DNA of 64,000 nt, taken from an uncultured Bacteriovoracaceae bacterium. GTDB lineage: Bacteria > Bdellovibrionota > Bacteriovoracia > Bacteriovoracales > Bacteriovoracaceae. Below the pieces are notes generated by a model, which saw only the letters and a program-made list of their open reading frames with translations, did no database searches and was not told the origin of the DNA. A program made the translations under genes and the position numbers. The number at the start of each line of letters is the position of its first letter. Positions within the stretch are counted from its first letter, which is position 1. This document shows positions 47,389-57,000 of the stretch, piece by piece. Where the stretch lies: the NCBI GenBank assembly GCA_964012805.1, contig CAXGUD010000001.1, positions 192,001-256,000 of the forward strand, read 5' to 3'.

Positions 47389-47639
47389 AACCGCTACCTT
47401 TTTATGAGGAGATTTCCTCTCATTTTTAATAACAATGCTTTAAACTTTAATAAGCGCTTCGGAAAAAATTGAGATTGCCTGACCTTTTTTTGGTGCTGGA
47501 AGTTTTTTCTCAAAAAAAATAAGATTCTTATTATCACTTACCTGACATAAAGGTTTAACAAGTGAGGAGGGAAATTGATGGTCGTGTCTAGGCAGTTAAG
47601 CAGGGACACTTTTTTAAAAGAGTCCCTACCCTTATTTTG

Positions 47640-49466
47640 CTAGGTTCTGATAACACTTCTGGTATTCTTACTTAAGCTTCTTTTTCTAATTCTTATATTT
47701 TTTGGAGTGACTTCAACCCATTCGTCATTATCAATCCAATCCATTGCCCATTCTAGAGTTCTTCTTTGAATTGGAGGAAGCACGATATTTTGATCTTTTC
47801 CAGCTGTTCTCACACTACTTAGGTGCTTTTCACGAACACAATTAACATTAACATCGTTCGTTTTTGAATGTTCGCCAACTACCTGACCTTCATAAACAGC
47901 TTCACCAGGCTCAATAAATTGTTTCCCAGAGCTTAAAAGGTTAAATAAAGCATAAGGAGTCGATTTTCCCTGGCGGTCTGAAATAATGGCCCCGTTTTGC
48001 CTCGCTAGTAAGTCTCCAGCATAAGGACTGTGTCCTATAAAACGTGATGACATAAGACCATCGCCTCTTGTATCTGTTAAAAATTTTGACCGGTAACCAA
48101 TAAGCCCCCTAGAAGGAACCTCAAACTCTAACCTGGTTCTAGTTTCTCCAAGTGGGTTTAATCCGACCATTTTCCCCTTTCTTTCAGATAGTGCCTCTGT
48201 AACAGTCCCAACATCTTCATTTGGGACATCAAGGACGACACTTTCGAAAGGCTCGTGCTTTTTACCTTCAATCTCCTTAAAAAGGACCTCAGGTCTTGCA
48301 ACCATAAGCTCAAAACCTGCCCTTCTAACTTCTTCAAAAACAATCGCCAATTGAAGTTCGCCTCGCCCTTTTAACTCAAATTCTTTTGGGTCACTTGTAG
48401 GATTAAACTTAAGGGCCACATTATGTCGGCAAGCATTTTCAAGAAATTCTTCTAATTTTCTACTTGTTAAGTACTCTCCTTCCCTTCCGGAACCTGGAGA
48501 AGTATTTACTGAAACAGTTACAGAAACTGTTGGAGGGTCAATTTCAATTCTTTCTAAAGCCTGAACGTCCTCTCTGGATGTAACTGTGTCTCCAATCATA
48601 CCGTTATCGATACCTGAAAGAATAACAATTTCACCAGCTTTGGCCTCTTGAACTTCCCGAGTACCTAAAGCATCAAATATTTGAATATTACTTATTTTTT
48701 GGTTTTTATTCTGACCACTTTTATCACATAAAATTACTGACTGGTGTTTTTTAATAACTCCTCTATGAATTCGACCAATAACTTGAGGTCCTAAATAATT
48801 TGAGTAGCTTAAGTTCGTGACAAGGAGTTGGAAATTTTCACCCTTTTCAACTTTAGGCTCAGGAAAAAAGTCACTAACCATAAAATCCAATAAGGGGTGA
48901 AGGTTATCATTTTGATCTGAGAGGGATTTTTTAGCATAGCCCTCTTTTGCGGAAGCATAGTAAAAAGGAATATCTAAGTCATAATCCTCTTTACCTAAAA
49001 GAGTTGCTAACTCCAAAAAGAGGTCCTCAACCTCGCCAATAACTTCTTCAATTCTCTCATCTGGTCTATCTATTTTGTTAATCACAACTGCAATTTTTAG
49101 GTTTTGCTCCATCGCCTTCCCAAGAACAAACCTGGTTTGCGGCAATGGTCCCTCAGAAGCATCAACAAGAAGAAGAATTCCATCAACCATCATCAAAGAT
49201 CTTTCAACCTCGCCTCCAAAGTCGGCGTGACCTGGGGTATCTAGAAGGTTGATTTTGGCTCCTTTCCATGAAAAAGCGCAATTTTTTGCAGTAATTGTAA
49301 TTCCTCTTTCTTTTTCTAGTTCTCCAGAGTCCATGACTCTTTCTTCTAGTTCCTCTCGAGAATCAAATGTTTCGGATTGCTTTAAAATTGCATCAACTAG
49401 AGTTGTCTTACCGTGGTCAACATGGGCCACGATGGCCAAGTTCTTTAACTTTAGGTCTTGAGTCAT
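47640..49466 (-). CDS. typA: Translational GTPase TypA/BipA
   Basis: AHVDHGKTT, ERGITI, DTPGHADFGGEVER, GPLPQT, NKID, GRGELQL, EVTPKNIRIRK. Confidence 0.96.
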   Translation of the reverse strand: MTQDLKLKNLAIVAHVDHGKTTLVDAILKQSETFDSREELEERVMDSGELEKERGITITAKNCAFSWKGAKINLLDTPGHADFGGEVERSLMMVDGILLLVDASEGPLPQTRFVLGKAMEQNLKIAVVINKIDRPDERIEEVIGEVEDLFLELATLLGKEDYDLDIPFYYASAKEGYAKKSLSDQNDNLHPLLDFMVSDFFPEPKVEKGENFQLLVTNLSYSNYLGPQVIGRIHRGVIKKHQSVILCDKSGQNKNQKISNIQIFDALGTREVQEAKAGEIVILSGIDNGMIGDTVTSREDVQALERIEIDPPTVSVTVSVNTSPGSGREGEYLTSRKLEEFLENACRHNVALKFNPTSDPKEFELKGRGELQLAIVFEEVRRAGFELMVARPEVLFKEIEGKKHEPFESVVLDVPNEDVGTVTEALSERKGKMVGLNPLGETRTRLEFEVPSRGLIGYRSKFLTDTRGDGLMSSRFIGHSPYAGDLLARQNGAIISDRQGKSTPYALFNLLSSGKQFIEPGEAVYEGQVVGEHSKTNDVNVNCVREKHLSSVRTAGKDQNIVLPPIQRRTLEWAMDWIDNDEWVEVTPKNIRIRKRSLSKNTRSVIRT

Positions 49467-49584
49467 GATTAGTTTCCATTGGTGAGTAGATCTTTGAGAC
49501 CAATGTAGCCAACCTAGGCAAAAAGGCCAGTAATTTATGGGAAGTTGAAATATTTACAGTAAAAAACATAATAATTACAAACAC

Positions 49585-49848
49585 TTACCTTTTTTTATAA
49601 TCTACATCGTTACAACCCAGCCTCATTTCAAGCTCGCATTTCTTGATTTTTAACAAGGCCTCTAAAAGCTCTTCCTTGCTCCGTTTGGACCAACTCTCTC
49701 TAAAAGCCTCAAGCTCTCTTTTTAGGACCTCCTGGTTATGAAGCGACCCATCCACTGACTTAGCCCTTTTTTGTCCCTTTATCGTCTTAAAGAGGTCGTT
49801 TTCGTTCATATTTATAGAGGTGTTAGGGCTTAAAAACTCTGTATCCAT
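49585..49848 (-). CDS. Hypothetical protein
   Basis: Short ORF; AAGGAG RBS before ATG 49848. Confidence 0.5.
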   Translation of the reverse strand: MDTEFLSPNTSINMNENDLFKTIKGQKRAKSVDGSLHNQEVLKRELEAFRESWSKRSKEELLEALLKIKKCELEMRLGCNDVDYKKR

Positions 49849-50012
49849 AAAATCAAACTCCTTTTGAAATTGCACCACAAGCTTTACTTGTTATATTGTC
49901 AAAAAGTCTAAAAGGCATCAAGCCACAAATTAGTTTTGTTATACTGGCTAAATTAAAATATTCCTTTAAAATGTGAGATGTTTACCTAAACTTTCAAAAA
50001 GGGTTTAAAAAA

Positions 50013-50396
50013 TTGAGCAAAAAACGGCCACTAATTCTTATTACTGACGACGAAGAAATGATTACCAGAATTTTTGAAGACGGTCTTTACCTTGAGATGA
50101 AAGATAAAGTAGAAATCGAGGTGACAGAAGTCCCCAATGAAGCCATTAGGCTCACAAGCACAATTAAATATGACGTTCTTCTCTTAGATCATAGAATGCC
50201 TTCCATGAAGGGAAGTGACGTTGCTCATAAAATTAGAAAGAGAAGTGGTCCTAATCAAAAAACACCTATCATTTTTATTTCTGGGTATATCAGGGAAACT
50301 AAGCTCGAAACAGAAGGTCTTGAAGATATTTATTACCTCCCAAAGCCTCTTATATTTAAAGACCTTTCAGAAATAATAAAAAAAATTATGAACTGA
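50013..50396 (+). CDS. Single-domain response regulator
   Basis: ILITDDE, LLDHRMPSMKG, ISGY, PKP. Confidence 0.88.
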   Translation: MSKKRPLILITDDEEMITRIFEDGLYLEMKDKVEIEVTEVPNEAIRLTSTIKYDVLLLDHRMPSMKGSDVAHKIRKRSGPNQKTPIIFISGYIRETKLETEGLEDIYYLPKPLIFKDLSEIIKKIMN

Positions 50397-50431
50397 AAAA
50401 GCCACCTCTTCTCAAACTGGAGAATAGAAAA

Positions 50432-51199
50432 TTGATTGAGCTTAAAAGTGTAACCAAAGTCTACGAAGATCTTACTGTTGTAAATTCTATAGATCTTTTT
50501 ATTCCTAAGGGAGAGCTCCTTGTCTTGCTAGGCGAGTCAGGTTGCGGAAAAACAACAACGCTCAAAATGATTAACAGGTTAATCCATCCAACAGGTGGTG
50601 AAGTCAAAATTGATGGAAAAAATAATACGGATATGCCTCCTTATGAACTGAGAAGAGAAATTGGCTATTGTTTTCAAAAAATTGGCCTTTTTCCCCACAT
50701 GACTGTTGCAAACAATATTGCCATTACATTGGGCCTCTTGGGGTGGGAAAAAGCTAAAATAAGGGAGCGTGTCATTGAGCTTTTGGAGTTAACAGAGCTA
50801 GACCCGAAAATATTCTACCACCGGTACCCTAAAGAACTCTCCGGAGGCCAGGCCCAGAGAGTAGCAGTTGCCAGGGCACTCTCAGCTCACCCAAAAGTCA
50901 TCCTCTTTGATGAACCTTTTGGAAAATTGGACCCTCTAAACAGAAGCCATCTTCAAAAAGAAATTCAAAAAATAAAGAACAGGATTCCTTTTACAGGAGC
51001 TTTCGTGACTCACGATATGATGGAAGCACTCCTTTTGGGAGATAGGATCGCTATTATGAAAAGGGGATCCATTGTTCAAATAGATACTCCAAAAAATATT
51101 TTCAATAACCCAATAGATGATTACGTCGCTTCTTTAATTAGGGCCCCAAAAGAACAAATGAAGCAACTTGAAGCCACACTTGAAAGAGGAGATGGTTAA
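50432..51199 (+). CDS. Osmoprotectant (glycine betaine/choline) ABC ATP-binding protein
   Basis: GESGCGKTT, LKMINRLI, GLFPHMTV, YPKELSGGQ, DEPFG, VTHD. Confidence 0.9.
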   Translation: MIELKSVTKVYEDLTVVNSIDLFIPKGELLVLLGESGCGKTTTLKMINRLIHPTGGEVKIDGKNNTDMPPYELRREIGYCFQKIGLFPHMTVANNIAITLGLLGWEKAKIRERVIELLELTELDPKIFYHRYPKELSGGQAQRVAVARALSAHPKVILFDEPFGKLDPLNRSHLQKEIQKIKNRIPFTGAFVTHDMMEALLLGDRIAIMKRGSIVQIDTPKNIFNNPIDDYVASLIRAPKEQMKQLEATLERGDG

Positions 51200-51201
51200 T
51201 A

Positions 51202-52758
51202 ATGAAAGAACAACTCCTTATTTTGGGCTCCCTTTTTTATTCACACCTCTCTTTAAGCCTTGTGGCCCTTTTAGTAGGTATTCTAATAAGCATCCCTCTT
51301 GGTGTCTGGGTATCGCACCAAAAACGATGGCAAAACCTGGTTTTAGGATTTTCAGGAGTCATTCAAACGATTCCTGGGCTCGCTCTTCTGGCAATCATGG
51401 TCCCCATATTAGGGACCGTCTCAGATTGGTCTGAAACAAACTTTAATTACAAATTCTCTAGTATTGGAACACTCCCTGCTCTTCTTGCCCTTATCCTTTA
51501 TTCACTTCTTCCTATTCTTAGAAATACGGTCACGGGGATTGCGGGCATTGACGAAGACCTTATAGAAGCTGCTGATGCCGTCGGTATGACACCTAAACAG
51601 AAGCTCTTTAAAGTTGAGCTTATCATGGCCATGCCAGTTATATTTGCAGGAATCAGAACGGCCACTATCTGGGTAATAGGCCTTGCCACTTTAGCAACCC
51701 CTGTCGGTGCTCCAAGCCTTGGAAATATTATTTTTTCAGGACTTCAAACTAAAAACTATCCTCTTGTTTTCGCGGGCTGTATAGCCGCGGCTCTTTTAGC
51801 AATCTTCTTTGATAGTCTTATGGGACTTTTAGAAAAAGCATGGCAAAAAAGGAAGTGGAATACACTTAAAGTAATCCTTTGTTTCTTCATTCTTCTTTAC
51901 AGCTTTATTTTTTATAAAGGTTCCAAAGATATATTTTTTAAAGATGAAAACAAGATTATTGTGGGCACTAAGGCCTTTACTGAACAATACATCCTTGGCG
52001 ATATTATAAAAATGATCGTCCAAGAGAAAACTCCCTACAAAGTCGATATTAGAAAGTCTCTTGGATCAAACCTTCTTTTCGATGCCTTAAGAAATGATCA
52101 GATTGATATTTATGTAACCTATTCAGGTACCATTTGGTCAACAGTCATGAAAGAAAAGGGTCTCCCCCCTTCTTCAAAAGCTCTTCTTTCCAAAGTAACA
52201 GACTATGTTGAGAAAAAGCATAACCTCAAAGTTGCCGCTCGCCTTGGTTTTGAAAATAAGTACGCTTTTGCCATGACTAGAAAAAAGGCTTCCGAATTAG
52301 GCATTAAGACTATTGATGATCTTAAAAAGTTTGCTGGAGACCTCAAACTTGGGACTGATTATGTTTTTTTAGACCGGTTAGAATGGAAAAATATAAGAGG
52401 CCTTTACAAAATTGATTTCCAAAAAAAAATTGTCATGGACCCAACCCTCATGTACGAATCAGTTCATGATAATCAAGTCGATGTTATCACTGCCTACACA
52501 AGTGACGGCCGAATAAAAAAATATGACCTGCTTATTTTGAAAGACAAAAAAAAGGCAATCCCCTCATACCATACCATGCTCCTTCTTTCACAAAGGGCCG
52601 TTACAAAAAGGCCACTCCTTTTAAAGGAATTAAAGAAACTTGATCAATCAATCACACTTGAAATAATGCAGGATCTAAATTTTCTGGTCGATGAAAAAGG
52701 GAAAAGTACAAAAGAGGCGGCCAAAACCTTTCTTTCAATTTTAAAAAAAAGGCCCTGA
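51202..52758 (+). CDS. Osmoprotectant ABC fused permease + substrate-binding protein (OpuBC-like)
   Basis: QTIPGLAL, PILRNT, EAA..GMT, GTKAFTEQYILG, LGFENKYA, AYTSDGRI. Confidence 0.9.
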   Translation: MKEQLLILGSLFYSHLSLSLVALLVGILISIPLGVWVSHQKRWQNLVLGFSGVIQTIPGLALLAIMVPILGTVSDWSETNFNYKFSSIGTLPALLALILYSLLPILRNTVTGIAGIDEDLIEAADAVGMTPKQKLFKVELIMAMPVIFAGIRTATIWVIGLATLATPVGAPSLGNIIFSGLQTKNYPLVFAGCIAAALLAIFFDSLMGLLEKAWQKRKWNTLKVILCFFILLYSFIFYKGSKDIFFKDENKIIVGTKAFTEQYILGDIIKMIVQEKTPYKVDIRKSLGSNLLFDALRNDQIDIYVTYSGTIWSTVMKEKGLPPSSKALLSKVTDYVEKKHNLKVAARLGFENKYAFAMTRKKASELGIKTIDDLKKFAGDLKLGTDYVFLDRLEWKNIRGLYKIDFQKKIVMDPTLMYESVHDNQVDVITAYTSDGRIKKYDLLILKDKKKAIPSYHTMLLLSQRAVTKRPLLLKELKKLDQSITLEIMQDLNFLVDEKGKSTKEAAKTFLSILKKRP

Positions 52759-52774
52759 CCTTAAAAACTAAGAA

Positions 52775-53941
52775 TCAGAGGCAACCTTTCGAAGACCAAA
52801 GGCATTGTTTTCTACCGAACCTTTTAAGACAATCATTTTCATTACAAATGGCGGCTCCTAGTGTCCAACTCGCTCCCGCCCTTTTGCTTTTATAATCTAA
52901 GCCCAGTGCTTCTATATATCTTTTATAATAAACGGCCCTGAAACAAGAAGTTTCTTTTTCAAAACACTTGCCTCTGTTCCGACAACACTTATCAATAGTT
53001 TTTTCATTAACAAACTTGAAGGCCCCGGTGAAAACCCACTCAATACCTCCTGCTTTTTGAAAAGGAAGCCTTTTATAAATGCCTCTCTTCCCATTTCTAA
53101 AATTGTAAGGGTCATAGATCCCTCGAGGTGTACTTACCTTCATACTGTCAGCGCACTTTTTACTATTCCAGCCTGAAGACCCTACGCCAGCACCGTACTT
53201 ACAAGAAGAAGCCAGTCCAAAAACCTTTGAAGCTTCATCACCACCTAAACCTAAAAATGAATAGCTAAAAATCTTTAAATTTTTCCCGCCAATCCAAATA
53301 TTTTTACTATCAACACATTTTGGGCAAGGAAAAGTGATTTGAGATGAAGCTCCTCCCATTTCGACGATTCCAAAACGGTCACTTCCTTTCTTTTCTCTTA
53401 CCGAAAGCCATGCAAAAAGACCTTCTTCATAGCCAGGTAAGGTTCGAGTCAAAACTTTCACTTTAGATCCAAGCTTCTTTTGGAGTGCCAGCTTTAGGTC
53501 CCTCCAAAGCGTTTGACTTCTTTTTCTATTAACATGTTCAGCAATCCTCATACCAGCCGTCGCAAAGATACTGGCAATCCTTACATCACAGACCTTTTTC
53601 CAATCAAAAGCTTTCCAGGCAAGCCCCCCACTAGAATACTTTGGGCCATCTTGTAAAATTGTATCTAGAAGGCTCATAATTTCGTTGATAAGTTCCTTCC
53701 TCTGACTCCACTTTGCTCCTCTGATTTCTCTTACTGGGTCGGCCAGGGCAGAGCCTTTTGGTCCCTCATGCTCAATCCAAGTGTTATTTTTTTTCTCATA
53801 TACGTAAAGCCGTGTACCGCTACTACCTGCATCATAAACAATTTGGCACTGGCTTTTAGAAAAAGCGTCACTGGCCCCTAAAATCCAAGTTAAGGTGAAA
53901 AAAACAGTTAGAAAGAACTTTCTTAATAAAGCAAAGTACAT
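52775..53941 (-). CDS. Secreted GDA1/CD39-family nucleoside triphosphate diphosphohydrolase (apyrase)
   Basis: Five apyrase conserved regions: DAGSSGTR, ATAGMR, EEGLFAW, EMGGASSQ, SWTLG; signal peptide. Confidence 0.88.
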   Translation of the reverse strand: MYFALLRKFFLTVFFTLTWILGASDAFSKSQCQIVYDAGSSGTRLYVYEKKNNTWIEHEGPKGSALADPVREIRGAKWSQRKELINEIMSLLDTILQDGPKYSSGGLAWKAFDWKKVCDVRIASIFATAGMRIAEHVNRKRSQTLWRDLKLALQKKLGSKVKVLTRTLPGYEEGLFAWLSVREKKGSDRFGIVEMGGASSQITFPCPKCVDSKNIWIGGKNLKIFSYSFLGLGGDEASKVFGLASSCKYGAGVGSSGWNSKKCADSMKVSTPRGIYDPYNFRNGKRGIYKRLPFQKAGGIEWVFTGAFKFVNEKTIDKCCRNRGKCFEKETSCFRAVYYKRYIEALGLDYKSKRAGASWTLGAAICNENDCLKRFGRKQCLWSSKGCL

Positions 53942-54182
53942 AAAAGCTCCTCATTGAATATTGATAGTGATTAACTGAGTGCATGCCTGTACTCACTTCA
54001 CTGTCCATGTAACTTAATAAAGATTATTACATTCTGCAGCGTTTCAATACAAACAGGAAGAGTAACTAAATTACCACCTCGTTTGCAAGACCTTTTCGCT
54101 CAAGATTCTATTTTTAAGTACATTTATAAATTTTCCACCCGATTAGTAAGCCAATCTACTTCTAGATGAACGGAGTAAAATT

Positions 54183-54647
54183 GTGAAAGTAGTAAAAAAG
54201 AAAGATGATCGTAAGAACTATCTTATAAACCCAAGCTTCCAATTAACTATTGTAGGCATTTTTATAGGCATTAGCCTCGTTGTTAACATCATTTATTTTA
54301 TTTCAATGAATTTTTCTTTTGAGGAGTTTTTTGCTTTAGGCAAAGAACTTGGACTCCCACAAAATAGCCAATTTTTTAAATTTATTAGTCATCAAAAAGA
54401 TAAGTTTACCAATATATTTCTGGCCACCTCTTTATTATCATCTGTTGTTTTAATTATCTTTGGAATTCTTCTCTCCCATAAAATTGCAGGACCAGTTTAT
54501 AGAATGACAGAAGATCTAAAGGCAATGATTGAAAGTAAAACCACAAAAGAAGTTCATTTCAGAAAAGGGGATTTTTTTATAGAATTAACAAAAACATTTA
54601 ATGAGTTCTTAAACTCTAGTAATAAGGATAAAGGTAAGGAGGACTGA
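54183..54647 (+). CDS. Two-TM membrane protein with HAMP-like C-terminus
   Basis: RKNYLINPSFQ, two TM helices, SHKIAGPVYR...FRKGD. Confidence 0.65.
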   Translation: MKVVKKKDDRKNYLINPSFQLTIVGIFIGISLVVNIIYFISMNFSFEEFFALGKELGLPQNSQFFKFISHQKDKFTNIFLATSLLSSVVLIIFGILLSHKIAGPVYRMTEDLKAMIESKTTKEVHFRKGDFFIELTKTFNEFLNSSNKDKGKED

Positions 54648-54658
54648 GTCCTCCTTAC
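54634..54658. terminator. Perfect 11-bp hairpin between convergent genes
   Basis: GTAAGGAGGAC-TGA-GTCCTCCTTAC; the loop is the stop codon of 54183..54647. Confidence 0.55.
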
Positions 54659-54674
54659 TCCAAAGCTTAGACTA

Positions 54675-55178
54675 TTACTTAATTATAATTTTTTTGATCC
54701 CAATAATCTTTCCAAAAAACTTTTTGCTCTTTAAAACTAGTTTTTTTACCCTTTTTCCATCTCTGGTTTCTAAAGACCAGTCATCACTGTTTCTTTTGAG
54801 GTAAATCTCTAGGTCTTTATAACGCTTACTAATACCATCTACTAAATACGTTAAAAGAACATCACCACCCATAATCCGGTCCATTGTATTCGAGCTCAGC
54901 TTGAATACATCAAGACCCTCAGCCCTATATAAAACAACCCCTCCTTCATTCAAATCATTTATTGAAAAAGTCTGAATTGAACCCTTGCTCTTTCTGCTTA
55001 CCTTGAGGATATCCCCTTCCTTATCTAGAGCAAGAGTTAAGAAATGCTTCTTATTTCCCTCGGGCTCGCTAATAATTTCTAGAATATTAACTTCTCTGGC
55101 AGACAGGCAAACTGAAGTGAATAAAGAGGTAAATGTTATAAAAAGAACAAAATATTTACTTATGGATTTCATATTCAT
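54675..55178 (-). CDS. Hypothetical secreted protein
   Basis: Signal peptide (CLSA), GGAG RBS. Confidence 0.65.
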   Translation of the reverse strand: MNMKSISKYFVLFITFTSLFTSVCLSAREVNILEIISEPEGNKKHFLTLALDKEGDILKVSRKSKGSIQTFSINDLNEGGVVLYRAEGLDVFKLSSNTMDRIMGGDVLLTYLVDGISKRYKDLEIYLKRNSDDWSLETRDGKRVKKLVLKSKKFFGKIIGIKKIIIK

Positions 55179-55313
55179 TAATTTCTCCAAGTTTAAGTTG
55201 GAAAAATTATGAGAAGTCCTTTTAACTTTGGCAAGACCTTGACTTTTAATTTAAAAGGTATTTAAGAAGGTAAAAGTGTTGATTTTTTCTCTAAATTAAG
55301 ACCTATTTTCCTC

Positions 55314-56552
55314 TTATTTCATCAACTTACTTATGAAAAACTCCCTTAACCTATCTCTTTTCAATAAATCCTTAACAATGGCGATTAAGTGTTGATCCTT
55401 TTCCCATCTTACATTACCTTTCTCGCAACTTGCATTGAAGGCTTGGGTTAAATCCCACTGATTTTTGCTTGGAACTAAAGTATCTCCAAATGAAGCAACA
55501 AAATAAACATGACTTTCTTTCCTTCTATGGGCCAAGCTCATTGGCTCATAAGGTAGTGCCCTTTCTAAGGCCTTAAAATAATCCATCCTTGTTCTTAAAT
55601 TCTCTTTCCTCATTCTGTATGATCGATACAATTTGGCCATTGCCTGTTCTGAGTTCGTGAAGAGCTCAGGAAAATTAGCCCCTCCCATTGCCGAAGCTAA
55701 AACCTTGATATCATCGTTCAAAACATAAACCATTGAGGAAAGGAGACCTCCCAAACTAAAACCAAAAATGCCAATATTGTCCTTGTCAATATCTCTGTAT
55801 TTTTTTAAATACTGGATCATTCTATGAGTATCACCAATAACTCCCGCCATAGATTCTTTAAGCTTTCCAATCTGGTTAAAAGGACTTACGAATTTAACGC
55901 CTCCTAACTCCAAAACGGCGACTTGAAAACCAAAAGAGGCATACTCGATGGCCATACCAATATCAAAAGGAGAGATCCCGTAAACAGGGGGCATGATGAT
56001 TAAGACAGGCCTTGGCTTCGTACTCTTTTTCTTTAATTGATAAAGATAAAACTTGGTAGTTCCCTTTTGACCTTTAGGTTTTTTATAACTTAATCGTACT
56101 CTTAGTTTTTTAACACCTTTTATTTCTTTCATAACTTTTTTCGTGTTTTCACTTCCGTACCATGAGTCTAATGCCATTTTTTCTGAAACTTTAAAAGACG
56201 TTTCAGCAAAACGTTCTGATATATTTTTTGTGACCTCATATTTTTTCATTTCTTGTTTTATATTTTTCATGGCATTTTTAAAAAGCCTATCTAGCCTACT
56301 CATACTTTCAAATGTTTTTGTTTCAATAGTAAAGTCGCTTTCAGATTTAACCGACCATGGAAGATCAAGTTGTGTCTTTTTAAGATCCTTAATGAGATTT
56401 TCAAGATTCCTTCCCTTTATTTTTATTGGTCTTTTACAAATTGCTTTTTTGGGACACAGTCTGAAGTTCAATTCAGGACAATTTTGGGCAAAGGCCTTTG
56501 ATGAGAAAAAAATGAACAAAAATACTAGGAAATATAGGGACAAATTCCTCAT
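55314..56552 (-). CDS. Secreted alpha/beta-hydrolase (esterase/lipase-like)
   Basis: GFSLG nucleophile elbow, GDTLVP (Asp), DQH (His); AFA signal peptide. Confidence 0.8.
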   Translation of the reverse strand: MRNLSLYFLVFLFIFFSSKAFAQNCPELNFRLCPKKAICKRPIKIKGRNLENLIKDLKKTQLDLPWSVKSESDFTIETKTFESMSRLDRLFKNAMKNIKQEMKKYEVTKNISERFAETSFKVSEKMALDSWYGSENTKKVMKEIKGVKKLRVRLSYKKPKGQKGTTKFYLYQLKKKSTKPRPVLIIMPPVYGISPFDIGMAIEYASFGFQVAVLELGGVKFVSPFNQIGKLKESMAGVIGDTHRMIQYLKKYRDIDKDNIGIFGFSLGGLLSSMVYVLNDDIKVLASAMGGANFPELFTNSEQAMAKLYRSYRMRKENLRTRMDYFKALERALPYEPMSLAHRRKESHVYFVASFGDTLVPSKNQWDLTQAFNASCEKGNVRWEKDQHLIAIVKDLLKRDRLREFFISKLMK

Positions 56553-56584
56553 TTTGATGCTCCTCTAAGAGTAAATCAACCTCT

Positions 56585-56611
56585 CTATCGGGCCATTTTG
56601 GCCAATCCTGA
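56585..56611 (-). promoter_or_regulatory. Sigma-28-like promoter
   Basis: Minus strand reads TCAG-N15-CCCGATAG upstream of the hydrolase gene. Confidence 0.45.
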
Positions 56612-56719
56612 GCCTTCTTTTGAAAGTTTTTAAAATATTTACCAATGGTGCTAAATTTCCTTGCTAAAAAACAACCTCTATGGTCCTTTACACGCTCTAT
56701 AAACAACCAAGGGAATAAA

Positions 56720-56983
56720 ATGGATCAAGATACAAAAGCACAAGAGCAATATGACCACCTTTCAGATGAGGTAACGGACTTTATCTTAAAAAAAATGGAA
56801 GAAGTTCAAACCAGCAATCGTTTTAAAAATATCGATGAAACTGACTTTATGCACAGCCTAATCAGCACAATTGGAATGACACTTTCGTATCATATGGAAG
56901 AAGAAGAGATTGCTGATTTTGTTTCTTCTGTGGCGCTAGAGGGTGCTAGAGAACAGAAAGCCTTCGACTCAGAAGAGTCTTAA
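56720..56983 (+). CDS. Hypothetical acidic protein
   Basis: Start moved to ATG 56720 (AAGGG RBS). Confidence 0.6.
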   Translation: MDQDTKAQEQYDHLSDEVTDFILKKMEEVQTSNRFKNIDETDFMHSLISTIGMTLSYHMEEEEIADFVSSVALEGAREQKAFDSEES

Positions 56984-57000
56984 TCACTTAATATATAAGC

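Noticed and set aside
47602..47627. Hairpin after typA resembling the one at 30733-30764 (AGGG.CACTTTTT.AAAA...CCCT), a possible REP-like repeat
   Set aside because: Only two imperfect copies, both at gene 3' ends; adequately explained as terminator-like stems.
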